Origin: a bacterium
Lineage (GTDB): Bacteria > Patescibacteriota > Patescibacteriia > UBA2196
Assembly: GCA_035388785.1 (NCBI GenBank)
Contig: DAOOQN010000004.1
Span: 4,318 to 68,317 of the forward strand
Length of the DNA: 64,000 nt
Direction: 5' to 3'
Shown here: one piece after another, positions 10,235 to 20,220 of the stretch
How positions within the stretch are numbered: position 1 is the first letter of the stretch
How the letters are laid out: each line of letters begins with the position of its first letter
Translations under genes and position numbers: made by a program
Notes under the pieces: generated by a model
Seen by the model: only the letters and a program-made list of their open reading frames with translations
Told to the model about the DNA's origin: nothing
The model's database searches: none

Positions 10235-11271
10235 GTTTGGCTTTTTTTTAACTCCTCAATTATTTTTTCCAACCCCCCATCCATAATCGTGGCAATATTG
10301 TGCCAACTTTGCTTGACACGGTGATCTGTTATGCGATCTTGAGGAAAATTATAAGTGCGTATTTTTTCACTTCTGTCGCCACTACCAACTTGGGTTTTTC
10401 TTTCTGCTGATAAAGCTTGGTGTTTTTGTTCTTCATCTGCTGCTAAAATACGCGCGCGCAAAATTTGCATGGCTTTATCTTTGTTTTGTCCTTGTGAGCG
10501 TTCATCTTGGCATGAAACTACAATACCTGTGGGTAAGTGAGTGATACGTACAGCTGAATGAGTGGTGTTGACGCTTTGTCCGCCATGGCCGCCGGCACAA
10601 AAAGTATCAATTTTTAAATCTTTGGCTTCAATTTTAACATCCACCTCCTCAGCCTCGGGCATAACTGCCACCGTGACCGCCGAGGTGTGTATACGGCCGG
10701 CTTTTTCTGTTTCTGGCACTCTTTGTACACGGTGCGTGCCACTTTCATATTTTAACCAACCATAAACATTTTGGCCTTTGATTTCGAAAATAACTTCTTT
10801 AAATCCACCAATACCAATGCGGCTGGCGGTTATAATATCAGTTTTCCAATTCATTTTTTCTGCGAATCTGGCATACAGGCGAAACATTTCCGCTGCAAAC
10901 AAAGCTGATTCGTCACCGCCAGTTCCAGCTCTAATTTCCATAATAACATCTTTTTTGTCGAGTGGATTTTTTGGGTTTATATACTCTTCTATTATCTGGC
11001 GTAAGTTTTCGTTTTCAAGTTCAAGTTTGGAGTTTTCTTTCACGGCCATGTCTTTTAATTCCAGTTCATCACTAGTCATGAGGTGATTGTTGTCTTTTAT
11101 GTTATTAATATTTTTTTCCAGTTGATTAATTTTTTCCATAACTTCTTTCATTTCTGAAAGTTGTTTTATTGTGCTAATATATTTTTTTTGATCAGTCAAA
11201 ACAGCCGGGTCATTAATAACTCGTTCTAAATCCGCGTATTTTTCTCGTATTGATTGATAAGATGATGTCAT
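10231..11271 (-). CDS. prfA: Peptide chain release factor 1
   Basis: 346 aa. It carries the GGQ motif ([11 protein letters not shown]) and a PET tripeptide in the RF1 position ([17 protein letters not shown]). Confidence 0.9.
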   Translation of the reverse strand: MTSSYQSIREKYADLERVINDPAVLTDQKKYISTIKQLSEMKEVMEKINQLEKNINNIKDNNHLMTSDELELKDMAVKENSKLELENENLRQIIEEYINPKNPLDKKDVIMEIRAGTGGDESALFAAEMFRLYARFAEKMNWKTDIITASRIGIGGFKEVIFEIKGQNVYGWLKYESGTHRVQRVPETEKAGRIHTSAVTVAVMPEAEEVDVKIEAKDLKIDTFCAGGHGGQSVNTTHSAVRITHLPTGIVVSCQDERSQGQNKDKAMQILRARILAADEEQKHQALSAERKTQVGSGDRSEKIRTYNFPQDRITDHRVKQSWHNIATIMDGGLEKIIEELKKSQT

Positions 11272-11384
11272 AATTTCTAATTTTCAATTTCTAAACAATG
11301 TTTATAAATTATAAATTGAGAATTAAACAAAAAACCTGCCTTGGTGGTTAATTATAGCAGATTTTTTGAGATAATTTAAAACAG

Positions 11385-11699
11385 TTATTTTTTTGTGGTT
11401 TTTTTAGCTGATTTTACCACCTCAACATCCTTAGCTTTCTTGGCTTTTAAAGCTTGTCTTTTGGCAGTTTTACCTTTACTTTTACCAACTAAATTTTGGG
11501 TTTTGACAGTTTTTTCTTTAAATTTTTCTACCCGTCTGGCCGTATCAATTAATTTTTGATGACCGGTAAAAAAAGGATGACAAGCCGAACAAAGTTCAAC
11601 CTTAATTTCTTTTTGGGTGGAGCCGGTTTTAAAAGTGTTGCCGCAAGCGCAGACCACCACCGCGTCTTTATAATAGGTTGGATGAATGTCTTTTTTCAT
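11385..11699 (-). CDS. rpmE: 50S ribosomal protein L31 with a Lys-rich C-terminal extension
   Basis: The L31 core is clear ([29 protein letters not shown] ... [10 protein letters not shown]). It is followed by a ~45-aa K/A-rich tail. Confidence 0.8.
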   Translation of the reverse strand: MKKDIHPTYYKDAVVVCACGNTFKTGSTQKEIKVELCSACHPFFTGHQKLIDTARRVEKFKEKTVKTQNLVGKSKGKTAKRQALKAKKAKDVEVVKSAKKTTKK

Positions 11700-11901
11700 A
11701 AATAAAATAATTTTAACTATTTTTAATTATCATCAGTTTAGCATGCTTTTTTAATCTTGACAAGAGACGGCTTTAAATGTTAGTCTTAATAGGTTAAAAA
11801 ATTATTAATAAATCACACACTTAAGTTTTTTATCTTGGTTGTCCTGCTAAAATTAACCTAGATATTTTTTAGACTCAAGTGGCGGGAAAAAGGACACAAT
11901 T

Positions 11902-12636
11902 ATGAAAAATGTTGAGCTAAAAAGCCTGATGCAAGCAGGTGTTCATTTTGGACATAAGTCTGTTAATTGGAATCCAAAAATGGGCCCATTTTTATATGGC
12001 ACCAAAGCTGGCGTCCATATTTTTAATTTGGAAAAAACAAAATCCCAATTAGAAGAAGCTTACGAATTTATAAAAAAAACAGTAGCCGGCGGTGGTACTG
12101 TATTATTTGTCGGTACCAAACCACAGGCCAAAGATATTGTCAGAAAATATGCCGCAGAAGCCGGTATGCCTTTTGTGACTGAACGCTGGCTGGGTGGCAC
12201 ATTGACCAACTTTGTGGAAATCAACAAATTGGTTAAAAAGTTAAATCATCTCATTCAAAGCTCAAATCATGAAGACTACGAGCAAAAATATACCAAAAAA
12301 GAGCGTTTAATTTTTAGCGAAGAGATGGTTGCATTGGAAAAAACAATTGGTGGTATTGTGACTTTACTAAAATTACCAGACGTAATTTTTGTTGCCAGTG
12401 TCAAGGCGGATAAAATTGCTGTTACTGAAGCCATAAAAACCAATGTGAAAATCGTGGGCATTTGTGATTCCAATACTAACCCTGATAAAGTTGATTATGT
12501 AGTACCAGCCAACGACGATGCACTTAAATCCATAGAACTTTTGGCAGCTTATTTTGCCGCCGCGGTTAAAGCAGGTAAAGAAGAAGCCCTACAACAAAAG
12601 CAAGAAATCCAAATAGAAAACAAAAATGTTGAATAA
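11902..12636 (+). CDS. rpsB: 30S ribosomal protein S2
   Basis: 244 aa. The S2 signature runs through the protein (GVHFGHKSVNWNPKMGPFLYG ... ). A good RBS (AAGGA) lies upstream. Confidence 0.95.
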   Translation: MKNVELKSLMQAGVHFGHKSVNWNPKMGPFLYGTKAGVHIFNLEKTKSQLEEAYEFIKKTVAGGGTVLFVGTKPQAKDIVRKYAAEAGMPFVTERWLGGTLTNFVEINKLVKKLNHLIQSSNHEDYEQKYTKKERLIFSEEMVALEKTIGGIVTLLKLPDVIFVASVKADKIAVTEAIKTNVKIVGICDSNTNPDKVDYVVPANDDALKSIELLAAYFAAAVKAGKEEALQQKQEIQIENKNVE

Positions 12637-12678
12637 AAATAATTTAGTTTTAAAATTTTAAAATTAATAAAAAACAAT

Positions 12679-13269
12679 ATGCAGATTGATTCCAAAATAA
12701 TTCAAAAGTTAAGAGCCACAACTGGTGCTGGCATTATGGATGTAAAAAAAGCTCTAGAAGAAGCAGGCGGTGATGAACAAAAAGCTTTGGAAATTTTAAG
12801 AATTAGAGGACAAAAAATTGCTACCAAAAAACAGGAAGAACGTGTGGCAAAAGAAGGCGCTATTGCTGCGTATGTGCATGCCAACGGTAAGGTGGCTGCT
12901 TTAGTTATGTTGGCTTGCGAAACCGATTTTGTGGCTAGAAATGAAGAATTTAAAAGTTTAGCCCATGATATTGCGATGCAAGTGGCAGCCATGAACCCAC
13001 AATTTTTAACAGCTGATAAAGTACCGCAGGATGTTGTGGAAAAAGAAAAAGAAATTATGCGTGCCAGTTTGCAAGATGAGAAAAAGCCGGCTGCTGTTCT
13101 GGAAAAGATTATGGCTGGCAAGCTGCAAAAGTTTTTTGAGGAAGTTTGTCTTTTGGAACAAAAATTTATCAAGGATGACACCAAAACCATTGCTGACTTA
13201 ATTAATGAACAGACAGCTAAGTTGGGTGAAAAGATTGAAGTCAAAAAAATTGCTCGTTTAAGTTTATAA
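12679..13269 (+). CDS. tsf: Elongation factor Ts (short form)
   Basis: 196 aa. An N-terminal UBA-like block (KLRATTGAGIMDVKKALEEAGGDEQKALEILR) is present, and the gene sits immediately downstream of rpsB, the conserved rpsB-tsf pair. Confidence 0.9.
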   Translation: MQIDSKIIQKLRATTGAGIMDVKKALEEAGGDEQKALEILRIRGQKIATKKQEERVAKEGAIAAYVHANGKVAALVMLACETDFVARNEEFKSLAHDIAMQVAAMNPQFLTADKVPQDVVEKEKEIMRASLQDEKKPAAVLEKIMAGKLQKFFEEVCLLEQKFIKDDTKTIADLINEQTAKLGEKIEVKKIARLSL

Positions 13270-13280
13270 CTCTTTTTTCT

Positions 13281-14102
13281 ATGTTGGTTGCTGAAGTTCA
13301 ATTTACACCTTGGGATAAAGTTTATTGGTTTAATCCCGCTGGCTCTGATTTGTGTGTTGGTGATTATGCGGTGGTAAATACTGATTTGGGTATGGAATTG
13401 GGTGCAGTGGTCAGTTTAAAAGAATTAACCGAGAGTGAAATTGGAACGCGCGAGATTAAGAATATTGTTCGTAAAGCCAATTTATCAGATTTAGATAAGG
13501 CCAAAGAAAGAAATACGCACAAAAAAGAAGTCATGGATACCTTTCGTTTGGCAGCGCAAAAAAATAATTTGGATATGAAACTGGTAGATGTGCATTTTTC
13601 CTTTGATGGCGGTCGTATTACATTTGCTTTTATTGCTGGTTCGCGGTTGGATTTTCGTGGTTTAGTAAAAGACTTAACACATACTTTTCAAAAATCAATT
13701 CGCATGCAACAACTAGGCGTGCGTGATGAAGCTAAATATTTGGGTAGTTGGGGTCCATGTGGTCGTGGTTTGTGTTGCCAGAATTTTTTAAAAGATTTGG
13801 GTCAGGTTTCAGCTGAATACGTGGAGATTCAGCAATTAATGCATCGTGGTAGTGATCGTTTGTCAGGTATGTGCGGGCGCTTACGTTGTTGTCTGCGTTA
13901 TGAAAAAGAAACTTATGAAAAATTAACCGCCAGCTTACCAGCCATTGGCACCAAGGTGCGAACTGATCATGGTCGGGGTGTTATCATTGCACATAATATT
14001 TTACGTCAAAGTGTTAATGTTCAGTTGGGGGGTGAGGGTGGTGCAACAGTAGAAATTCCCATTAAAAAGAATGATCAAGAAGAGGAAAAAAAAGATGGCT
14101 AA
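13281..14102 (+). CDS. PSP1 C-terminal domain protein (YaaT/RicT-like)
   Basis: 273 aa. Shows the PSP1 pattern plus the Cys-rich block GPCGRGLCCQNFL ... CGRLRCCLRYE that is characteristic of YaaT/RicT. Confidence 0.75.
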   Translation: MLVAEVQFTPWDKVYWFNPAGSDLCVGDYAVVNTDLGMELGAVVSLKELTESEIGTREIKNIVRKANLSDLDKAKERNTHKKEVMDTFRLAAQKNNLDMKLVDVHFSFDGGRITFAFIAGSRLDFRGLVKDLTHTFQKSIRMQQLGVRDEAKYLGSWGPCGRGLCCQNFLKDLGQVSAEYVEIQQLMHRGSDRLSGMCGRLRCCLRYEKETYEKLTASLPAIGTKVRTDHGRGVIIAHNILRQSVNVQLGGEGGATVEIPIKKNDQEEEKKDG

Positions 14103-14170
14103 AATCCATCTTTTTGCTTTTTTAATGGGCATGGTATAATAAAAATAATAAAAATTAAAAATTTTATTCT

Positions 14171-15214
14171 ATGTTTAATAATAAAAAGTCAGCCAAAAAA
14201 GATCATCAAATTAAAATTGCTATCAATGGTTTTGGCCGTATTGGACGTCAATCTTTTAAAATTGCTTTAAAGAAAAAAAATATTGAGGTAGTGGCAATTA
14301 ACGATTTGGGTAGTATTGAAAGTTTGGCTTATTTATTAAAACACGATTCGGTTTATGGTCATTACCCAGAGCAAGTTTCTTTTGATAGTCAAAACTTAAT
14401 AGTTAATGGTAAAAAAATCATTGTCTTAAATGAAAAAGAACCGTTAAAGCTTCCTTGGAAAAAAATGCAAGTGGATGTGGTTTTGGAATGCACAGGTTTT
14501 TTTACTGATGCAGTCGGAGCTGGACAACATCTTAAGGCTGGTGCTAAAAAGGTAATTATTTCGGCGCCGGGCAAAGACGATGTTGAACATACTTATGTTT
14601 TAGGAACCACAGAAACACAGAAAAAAGTTATAGATGGTGATATTATTTCCAATGCTTCTTGTACAACTAATTGTATTGCGCCAGTACTTCAGGTTTTGGA
14701 AAGTACTTTTGGAGTAGAGAAAGCCTTATTAAACACTTCACACGCTTATACTGTCAGTCAGGGCTTGGTGGATGGCCCCAATAAAAAAGATTTGCGTGAA
14801 GGCAGGGCGGCAGCTATAAATCAAGTACCGGCGGCTACCGGAGCTGCTAAAGCTACAGTCAAAGTAATTCCTGCTTTGCAAGGAATTTTTGATGGTATTG
14901 CCATTCGAGTACCCGTGCCGTGCGGTTCAATTTCAGATATCACCTGCGTGCTCAAAAAAAATGTCACGGTTGAACAAATTAATAACGCTTTTCGTCAAGC
15001 AATAAAAAAATCTTTATTTAAAAATATTTTAGCAGTTTCTGAAGAACCGCTGGTTTCAACCGATATTCTTGGTGACACTCATTCGGCTATTGTGGATTTG
15101 TCTTTAACTCGAGTGGTGGGTGGTAATTTGGTTAAAGTTATGGCGTGGTATGATAACGAATGGGGCTATTCCTGTCGTTTGGTTGAGATGGCTTTGGCAG
15201 TGATGGGAAAGTAA
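14171..15214 (+). CDS. gap: Glyceraldehyde-3-phosphate dehydrogenase
   Basis: 347 aa. The NAD-binding motif INGFGRIGR and the catalytic SCTTNC motif are both present. An extended -10 element (TGgTATAAT) lies at 14132-14140. Confidence 0.9.
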   Translation: MFNNKKSAKKDHQIKIAINGFGRIGRQSFKIALKKKNIEVVAINDLGSIESLAYLLKHDSVYGHYPEQVSFDSQNLIVNGKKIIVLNEKEPLKLPWKKMQVDVVLECTGFFTDAVGAGQHLKAGAKKVIISAPGKDDVEHTYVLGTTETQKKVIDGDIISNASCTTNCIAPVLQVLESTFGVEKALLNTSHAYTVSQGLVDGPNKKDLREGRAAAINQVPAATGAAKATVKVIPALQGIFDGIAIRVPVPCGSISDITCVLKKNVTVEQINNAFRQAIKKSLFKNILAVSEEPLVSTDILGDTHSAIVDLSLTRVVGGNLVKVMAWYDNEWGYSCRLVEMALAVMGK

Positions 15215-15266
15215 TAAATTAAAAATAAAGCGGCTGGCAATTAATTGCCAGCCGCTTATTAATTTT

Positions 15267-15803
15267 TTATTTTCTTAAACTAAATTCGCAGCCGCAATAA
15301 TTTTGTCGATAAAAAGCATAATCTTTGGCCAGTTGATTAGCCAACCGTGAACCATTATCTTGTTTCCAGTCAAAGTCATAAAATTTAATTTTTTCTTTTT
15401 CGGCGATTTGTTTACCCAATTGATTGATAATTTCTGAATTTTTATAAGGTGAAACAGTCAAGGTCGTGCCAAAAAAATCAAAATTGTTTTGTTTGGCTTT
15501 TTGGGCACTTATTTGCAAACGGTTTAAAAAACATATTTCACAACGTTGGCCACCCTCTAACTCATCTTTAAATTCAATTGTTTTTTCTAGCCACTCGGCG
15601 TGTTCATAATCACCATCTATAAAATTAACTCCTTTTTCTAAGCAATATTTTTGCATTTCAATTTTTCTTTTTTCATATTCATCAAGCGGATAGATATTTG
15701 GATTAAAATAAAAGACCGTTACCTCGAAATTTTTTTTTATTAATTCTTCAACCACGAATGCTCCACAGGGCGCGCAACAATCATGTAATAATATTTTGAA
15801 CAT
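15267..15803 (-). CDS. queH: Epoxyqueuosine reductase QueH (DUF208)
   Basis: 178 aa. Begins LLHDCCAPCG and has further Cys ligands (CEICF, CGC), as in QueH. Confidence 0.8.
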   Translation of the reverse strand: MFKILLHDCCAPCGAFVVEELIKKNFEVTVFYFNPNIYPLDEYEKRKIEMQKYCLEKGVNFIDGDYEHAEWLEKTIEFKDELEGGQRCEICFLNRLQISAQKAKQNNFDFFGTTLTVSPYKNSEIINQLGKQIAEKEKIKFYDFDWKQDNGSRLANQLAKDYAFYRQNYCGCEFSLRK

Positions 15804-15804
15804 A

Positions 15805-16236
15805 TTATTTTTTAAAGTAATAAACTGCTAAACCGGCCACAGTTCCCACGCCGTCGACTAGCCAATCCAAAAGACTGACCGAACGATTGGGGACAAAAGA
15901 CTGGTGCCATTCATCAGACAGCGCAAACAGAAGGCAAAAGGTTAGAACGACAAGCATTTTTTTGAAAGTATATTTTCCGCTGGCTGCCGTTAATAAATAG
16001 TTTAAGATTAAAAATTCAAAAAAGTGCGCGATTGAACCGTAATCAAAACTTTCTTGCGGGTACTGATCACCAGGAATATTGGACAGTAAAAAAATTATCA
16101 ACATCCAAAGTATGGCTGGTAGAATTTTGGTAATGAATTTTCCGCTTTTAAACATAATGTCATTAAGATTAACACATTTATTGCTCTTTTCAAAGTCTTT
16201 AAAAAATGTTATTCTACGTTTAAAGGTTTCAAACAT
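15805..16236 (-). CDS. VanZ-family membrane protein
   Basis: 143 aa with 4 TM helices. The VanZ signature LSDEWHQSFVPNRSVSLLDWLVDGVG is present. It abuts queH with a 1-nt gap. Confidence 0.7.
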   Translation of the reverse strand: MFETFKRRITFFKDFEKSNKCVNLNDIMFKSGKFITKILPAILWMLIIFLLSNIPGDQYPQESFDYGSIAHFFEFLILNYLLTAASGKYTFKKMLVVLTFCLLFALSDEWHQSFVPNRSVSLLDWLVDGVGTVAGLAVYYFKK

Positions 16237-16259
16237 TAATTCAATTTAAAATAAAATTT

Positions 16260-17033
16260 ATGGAAGAACAAAATTTTAATTGCTGCGTTGAGTGGAAAAA
16301 GCCAAAATTTATTCTTATACTGGTTGGTATTTTGATTTTGGGCGGAGTGGTCATTGTTTCCATTTTGCGTGATCGTATTGTGAACCAAAACATGAACCAA
16401 ATTACTGTCATGGGTCAGGCCAAGGTTGCTTATCAGCCTGATATTGCCATGGTAAATTTGGGCGTGCAAATTGATAAAGCTGATAAAGCTGAAAATGCTT
16501 TATCGCAGTTAAATGAAAAAGTCATCAAAATAATCACCGCCATCAAAGCGGCTGGTATTGCTGAAGCTGATATTCAAACGCAAAATTATTCCTTGTATCC
16601 GCAGTATGATTATCAGGATAATGTTTCTCGAGTATCGGGTTACAATGCCAACCAACAATTGGTAATTAAGGTTCGCGGGATTGATAAAAACACTCAGCTG
16701 GTCAATAAGGTCATCGCAGATGCCAGTAAAGCTGGCGCTAATCAAATTAATGGCATCACTTTTGATGTTTCCAAAGTAGATGAACTAAAACAGCAGGCGC
16801 GTTTAAAAGCCATTGCTGATGCGCGTGTTAAAAGTGCGGATTTGGCTGCGGCCGCGGGCGTAACTTTAAAAGAAGTAACTGGTTGGTATGAAAATATGTT
16901 GCAAGCTCCAAGTGCTTATGACGCTTCTTATTATGGCGGTAAGGGCGGTGCCAGCGCTGGTTCAACACCGCAAGTTACCGTGGGTAATCAAGAAATTATT
17001 GTTGAGATTGGCTTGAATTATAAGGTGCGCTAG
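16260..17033 (+). CDS. SIMPL / DUF541-like secreted or membrane-anchored protein
   Basis: 257 aa with an N-terminal TM segment. Overall similarity to 26-kDa periplasmic SIMPL-domain proteins, but motifs are weak. Confidence 0.5.
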   Translation: MEEQNFNCCVEWKKPKFILILVGILILGGVVIVSILRDRIVNQNMNQITVMGQAKVAYQPDIAMVNLGVQIDKADKAENALSQLNEKVIKIITAIKAAGIAEADIQTQNYSLYPQYDYQDNVSRVSGYNANQQLVIKVRGIDKNTQLVNKVIADASKAGANQINGITFDVSKVDELKQQARLKAIADARVKSADLAAAAGVTLKEVTGWYENMLQAPSAYDASYYGGKGGASAGSTPQVTVGNQEIIVEIGLNYKVR

Positions 17034-17064
17034 GTGTTTAAGTTTAAAAAATATAAATAATTTT

Positions 17065-17097
17065 AATGGCTTCATATTTTTTGAAGCCATTTTTATC
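17065..17097 (+). terminator. Intrinsic terminator after the SIMPL gene
   Basis: A 10-bp perfect stem (AATGGCTTCA / TGAAGCCATT) with a 7-nt loop is followed by a T-run. Confidence 0.55.
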
Positions 17098-17098
17098 T

Positions 17099-17127
17099 TT
17101 GACTAATTTAAAATAAAAAAGTATAAT
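17099..17127 (+). promoter_or_regulatory. Sigma70-like promoter for valS: TTGACT, 17-nt spacer, TATAAT
   Basis: -35 TTGACT at 17099-17104 and -10 TATAAT at 17122-17127, with a 17-nt spacer, about 15 nt upstream of valS. Confidence 0.5.
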
Positions 17128-17141
17128 AAATTCATAAAATT

Positions 17142-19376
17142 ATGCTTAAAGAAGGTCCCTATAATCCACAAGAACATGAAGAAAAAATTTACCAACTTTG
17201 GGAACAAAGCGGTTTTTTTAATCCTGACAATTTGCCACTTAGCCAAGAGGCACCTATTTTTTCCATAGCTATGCCACCGGTTAATGTAACTGGAGTTTTA
17301 CACTTGGGTCACGCCTTGGAAAATTCTTTAATGGATATTCAAATTCGCTATCAGCGTATGAATGGCAAAAGGGCAGTGATTATCCCAGGCACTGATCATG
17401 CGGCCATTGCCACGCAAGCCAAAGTGGAAAAAGAATTAATAAAATCTGGTCAATACAAAAATCCACGTCAAGAATTAGGCAGAGAAAAACTTTTAGAGAT
17501 TATTAAAGAATATGCAAAAAATTCTCAGACAACAATTTTAAATCAGATTAAAAAAATGGGCACTTCTTGTGATTGGTCGCGGCTGGCCTATACTTTTGAT
17601 GAAAAAAGAGAAAGAGCGGTTAATGAAATGTTTCGTCGAATGTATGAAGATGGTTTAATTTATCGCGGTTATAGAGTGGTTAATTGGTCAATAAAGGGTC
17701 AATCTACTTGTAGTGATGATGAATTGGTCCATGTCGAACAGAAAGGTTTTCTTTACTATTTTAAGTATAGCGCTGATTTTCCAATTACAATCGCGACTAC
17801 TCGTCCAGAAACAAAACTTGGTGATACGGCAGTGGCTGTTAATCCCAATGATGAGAGATATAAAAAATATATTGGACAGATCTTTAAGATTGATGTTGGA
17901 GCTAAGGACTTGTTAGAGATAAAAATTATCGCTGATGAAATGGTTGATCCAGAGTTTGGCACAGGCGCTGTTGGCGTCACGCCGGCGCACAGTTTAGTTG
18001 ATTACGAACTTAAAGAAAAACATAATTTGAAATTAATTCCAATCATTGATAAATTTGGTCGGCTAACAGAAAATGCCGGCAAGAATTATGCTGGTTTGAA
18101 AGTTTTAGAAGCCAGAGAAAAATTTTTAAATTGGCTTAAGACAAATAATTTATTTATAAAAGAAGAAGAAATAACCCAAAACGTGGGCACATCAGATAGA
18201 TTTGGCGATGTCATAGAGGCTTTGCCAATGGAGCAATGGTTTGTTAATGTGGGCAAAGAAGTTTCTGGACGAGGAAAAAGCCTCAAAGATTTAATGCGCG
18301 AGGCAGTGACAGTTGGCCATAATAATGATAAGAATAAAATTATAAAGATCTATCCAGAAAGATTTGAAAAAATTTATTTACAAAGAATTGATAATTTGCA
18401 CGATTGGTGCATTTCAAGACAAATTTGGTTTGGCCACAGAATTCCTATTTGGTATTGTGATGATTGTCAAAAAGTTTTTTATAGCGATAAGATTTTGGAA
18501 CTTTGTCCTAAATGCTCATCTAAAAAAATAAGACAAGATGAGGATACTTTAGATACTTGGTTTTCATCAGGAGCTTGGACATTTTCTATTTTAGGCTGGC
18601 CGGATAAAACAAAAGATTTAGAAAAATTTCACCCAACAACCTGGATGCAGATGGGCTATGAGATAGTTTTATTGTGGCTGGCAAGAATGGTGTTGATGTC
18701 CACTTACGCTTTAGATGATATTCCTTTTAAAGATGCCTATATTCATGGAATGTTGCGCGATATTCAAGGAAGAAAATTTTCAAAATCTCTTGGCAATGGC
18801 ATTGATCCTAGGGAAATATGTGATAAACACGGTACCGATGCTTTGAGAATGTCTTTGATTTTTAGTGTTACACCGGGCAATGATTCAAAATTTTATGAAG
18901 AAAAAGTTGTGGGTTTCAAAAGATTTGCCAATAAAATTTGGAATGCCAGCAAGTTTGTTTTAAATAATTTGGGAGAAAACTTTACCCTCTCCCCGAAGCT
19001 GACGCTTCAGGGGCTCCCTCTTGTCAAGGGGGAGATGGTCGCAGATGATGATAAAAATATTTTAGAAAAATTAACAGCTACCATCAAACAAACCACCACT
19101 AATCTAGACAATTTTATGTTTCATGAGGCAGCTCAGGATATTTATCAATTTTTCTGGCATGATTTGTGCGATGTTTATTTAGAGTCAGTTAAATCTCGTT
19201 TGAATGGTGAAGAAGGGGAGAATAAAGAAATTGCGCGCCAAGTGCTTTATTGTGTTTTATTAAACAGCTTAAAACTTTTGCATCCTTTTATGCCGTTTAT
19301 AACAGAGGTGATTTATCAAGAATTACCATTTAAAAATAAACAAAGTCTTATTATTGAGGACTGGCCAGAAGCTTAA
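17142..19376 (+). CDS. valS: Valyl-tRNA synthetase, short form without the C-terminal coiled coil
   Basis: 744 aa. The HIGH region PPVNVTGVLHLGHA, the KMSKS motif KFSKSLGN, and an editing domain are present. It contains a local GC-rich insert at 18985-19038. Confidence 0.85.
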   Translation: MLKEGPYNPQEHEEKIYQLWEQSGFFNPDNLPLSQEAPIFSIAMPPVNVTGVLHLGHALENSLMDIQIRYQRMNGKRAVIIPGTDHAAIATQAKVEKELIKSGQYKNPRQELGREKLLEIIKEYAKNSQTTILNQIKKMGTSCDWSRLAYTFDEKRERAVNEMFRRMYEDGLIYRGYRVVNWSIKGQSTCSDDELVHVEQKGFLYYFKYSADFPITIATTRPETKLGDTAVAVNPNDERYKKYIGQIFKIDVGAKDLLEIKIIADEMVDPEFGTGAVGVTPAHSLVDYELKEKHNLKLIPIIDKFGRLTENAGKNYAGLKVLEAREKFLNWLKTNNLFIKEEEITQNVGTSDRFGDVIEALPMEQWFVNVGKEVSGRGKSLKDLMREAVTVGHNNDKNKIIKIYPERFEKIYLQRIDNLHDWCISRQIWFGHRIPIWYCDDCQKVFYSDKILELCPKCSSKKIRQDEDTLDTWFSSGAWTFSILGWPDKTKDLEKFHPTTWMQMGYEIVLLWLARMVLMSTYALDDIPFKDAYIHGMLRDIQGRKFSKSLGNGIDPREICDKHGTDALRMSLIFSVTPGNDSKFYEEKVVGFKRFANKIWNASKFVLNNLGENFTLSPKLTLQGLPLVKGEMVADDDKNILEKLTATIKQTTTNLDNFMFHEAAQDIYQFFWHDLCDVYLESVKSRLNGEEGENKEIARQVLYCVLLNSLKLLHPFMPFITEVIYQELPFKNKQSLIIEDWPEA

Positions 19377-19403
19377 TTTTTATAATTTATTAATTATTAC
19401 TAA

Positions 19404-19430
19404 TTAGCACTCTTGACATGAGAGTGCTAA
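19404..19430 (+). promoter_or_regulatory. CIRCE operator (TTAGCACTC-N9-GAGTGCTAA) overlapping the hrcA promoter
   Basis: A perfect CIRCE consensus inverted repeat. A -35-like TTGACA lies inside the spacer, and a TATAAT-like -10 lies just downstream at about 19437-19442. Confidence 0.85.
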
Positions 19431-19539
19431 TTTTTGTATAATTAAAACAATAATCTAAATTTGACTATTTGTGGTTATAAAAAAAATAAGCCTAGTCTAT
19501 AAAATTTAGTTATCTTTATTGCTAATATTGGCCAAAAAT

Positions 19540-20214
19540 ATGTTATCGCGGCAAGATGAATTATTAAAAAGTATTGTTGAAGAATATTTAAAAACCGCGC
19601 AACCCGTGGGGTCAAAATTAATTGTGGATAAGTATTTAACTGATTTTTCTTCAGCCACTGTCAGAAATGATATGGTTGAGCTGGAAGAAATGGGATTAAT
19701 CTGTCAGCCTCACACTTCAGCTGGTCGTATCCCGACTGTTGAGGGTTATAAAAAATTTGTCGAAAATTACGTTGATTTAAAGCAGGTTTTAAATATTAAA
19801 GAACAGGAAAAAATAATTGCTTTGCTTTCTTTTAAAGAAGGTGAAGAAAAAATTAAATTATTGGCTAAAATTTTGGCGGAAAAATCAGGCTTGGCTATTT
19901 TTGTGGGTTTTAGCGCCAGTAATGTTTATTATACCGGCTTATCTAATATTTTTTCACAAAATGAATTTAAAGATTTAAATTTAATTTATCACATTTCAAC
20001 TGTCGTCGATCATCTTGATGAAGTCTTGCAGAAAATCTATAATAATAAAGATGCGACAGTGGAAATAAAAATTGGACACGAAAATCCTTTTGCCCGTGAT
20101 TGTTCAACCGTCTTTACCAAAATAAAAAATGTTTTGTTGGGTGTGATGGGACCGATGCGTATGAATTATCAAAAAAATGTTGAACTAATAAATTTTACTA
20201 GAAATATAATATAA
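19540..20214 (+). CDS. hrcA: Heat-inducible transcription repressor HrcA (short, ~225 aa)
   Basis: The N-terminal wHTH matches HrcA (RQDELLKSIVEEYLKTAQPVGSKLI ... TVRNDMVELEEMGLI). I prefer the ATG at 19540 because the track ORF begins at a TTG at 19519. It is shorter than the typical ~340-aa HrcA. Confidence 0.8.
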   Translation: MLSRQDELLKSIVEEYLKTAQPVGSKLIVDKYLTDFSSATVRNDMVELEEMGLICQPHTSAGRIPTVEGYKKFVENYVDLKQVLNIKEQEKIIALLSFKEGEEKIKLLAKILAEKSGLAIFVGFSASNVYYTGLSNIFSQNEFKDLNLIYHISTVVDHLDEVLQKIYNNKDATVEIKIGHENPFARDCSTVFTKIKNVLLGVMGPMRMNYQKNVELINFTRNII

Positions 20215-20220
20215 TTTTTT

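Noticed and set aside
10231-11271. Possibility of an alternative genetic code (UGA recoding) given RF1 and no RF2 in the window
   Set aside because: The annotated ORFs end mostly in TAA and translate cleanly with the standard table. The absence of prfB from one 64-kb window is uninformative.
11700-11901. Possible rpsB leader structure (GTTGTCC ... GGACACAA) between divergent rpmE and rpsB
   Set aside because: Only a short imperfect complementarity, in an AT-rich divergent promoter region. It is not distinguishable from chance.
12702-13301. Track ORF on the minus strand (199 aa) antisense to tsf
   Set aside because: It lies entirely within a confidently identified EF-Ts gene on the opposite strand. 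Its product is low-complexity and Ser/Ala-rich.
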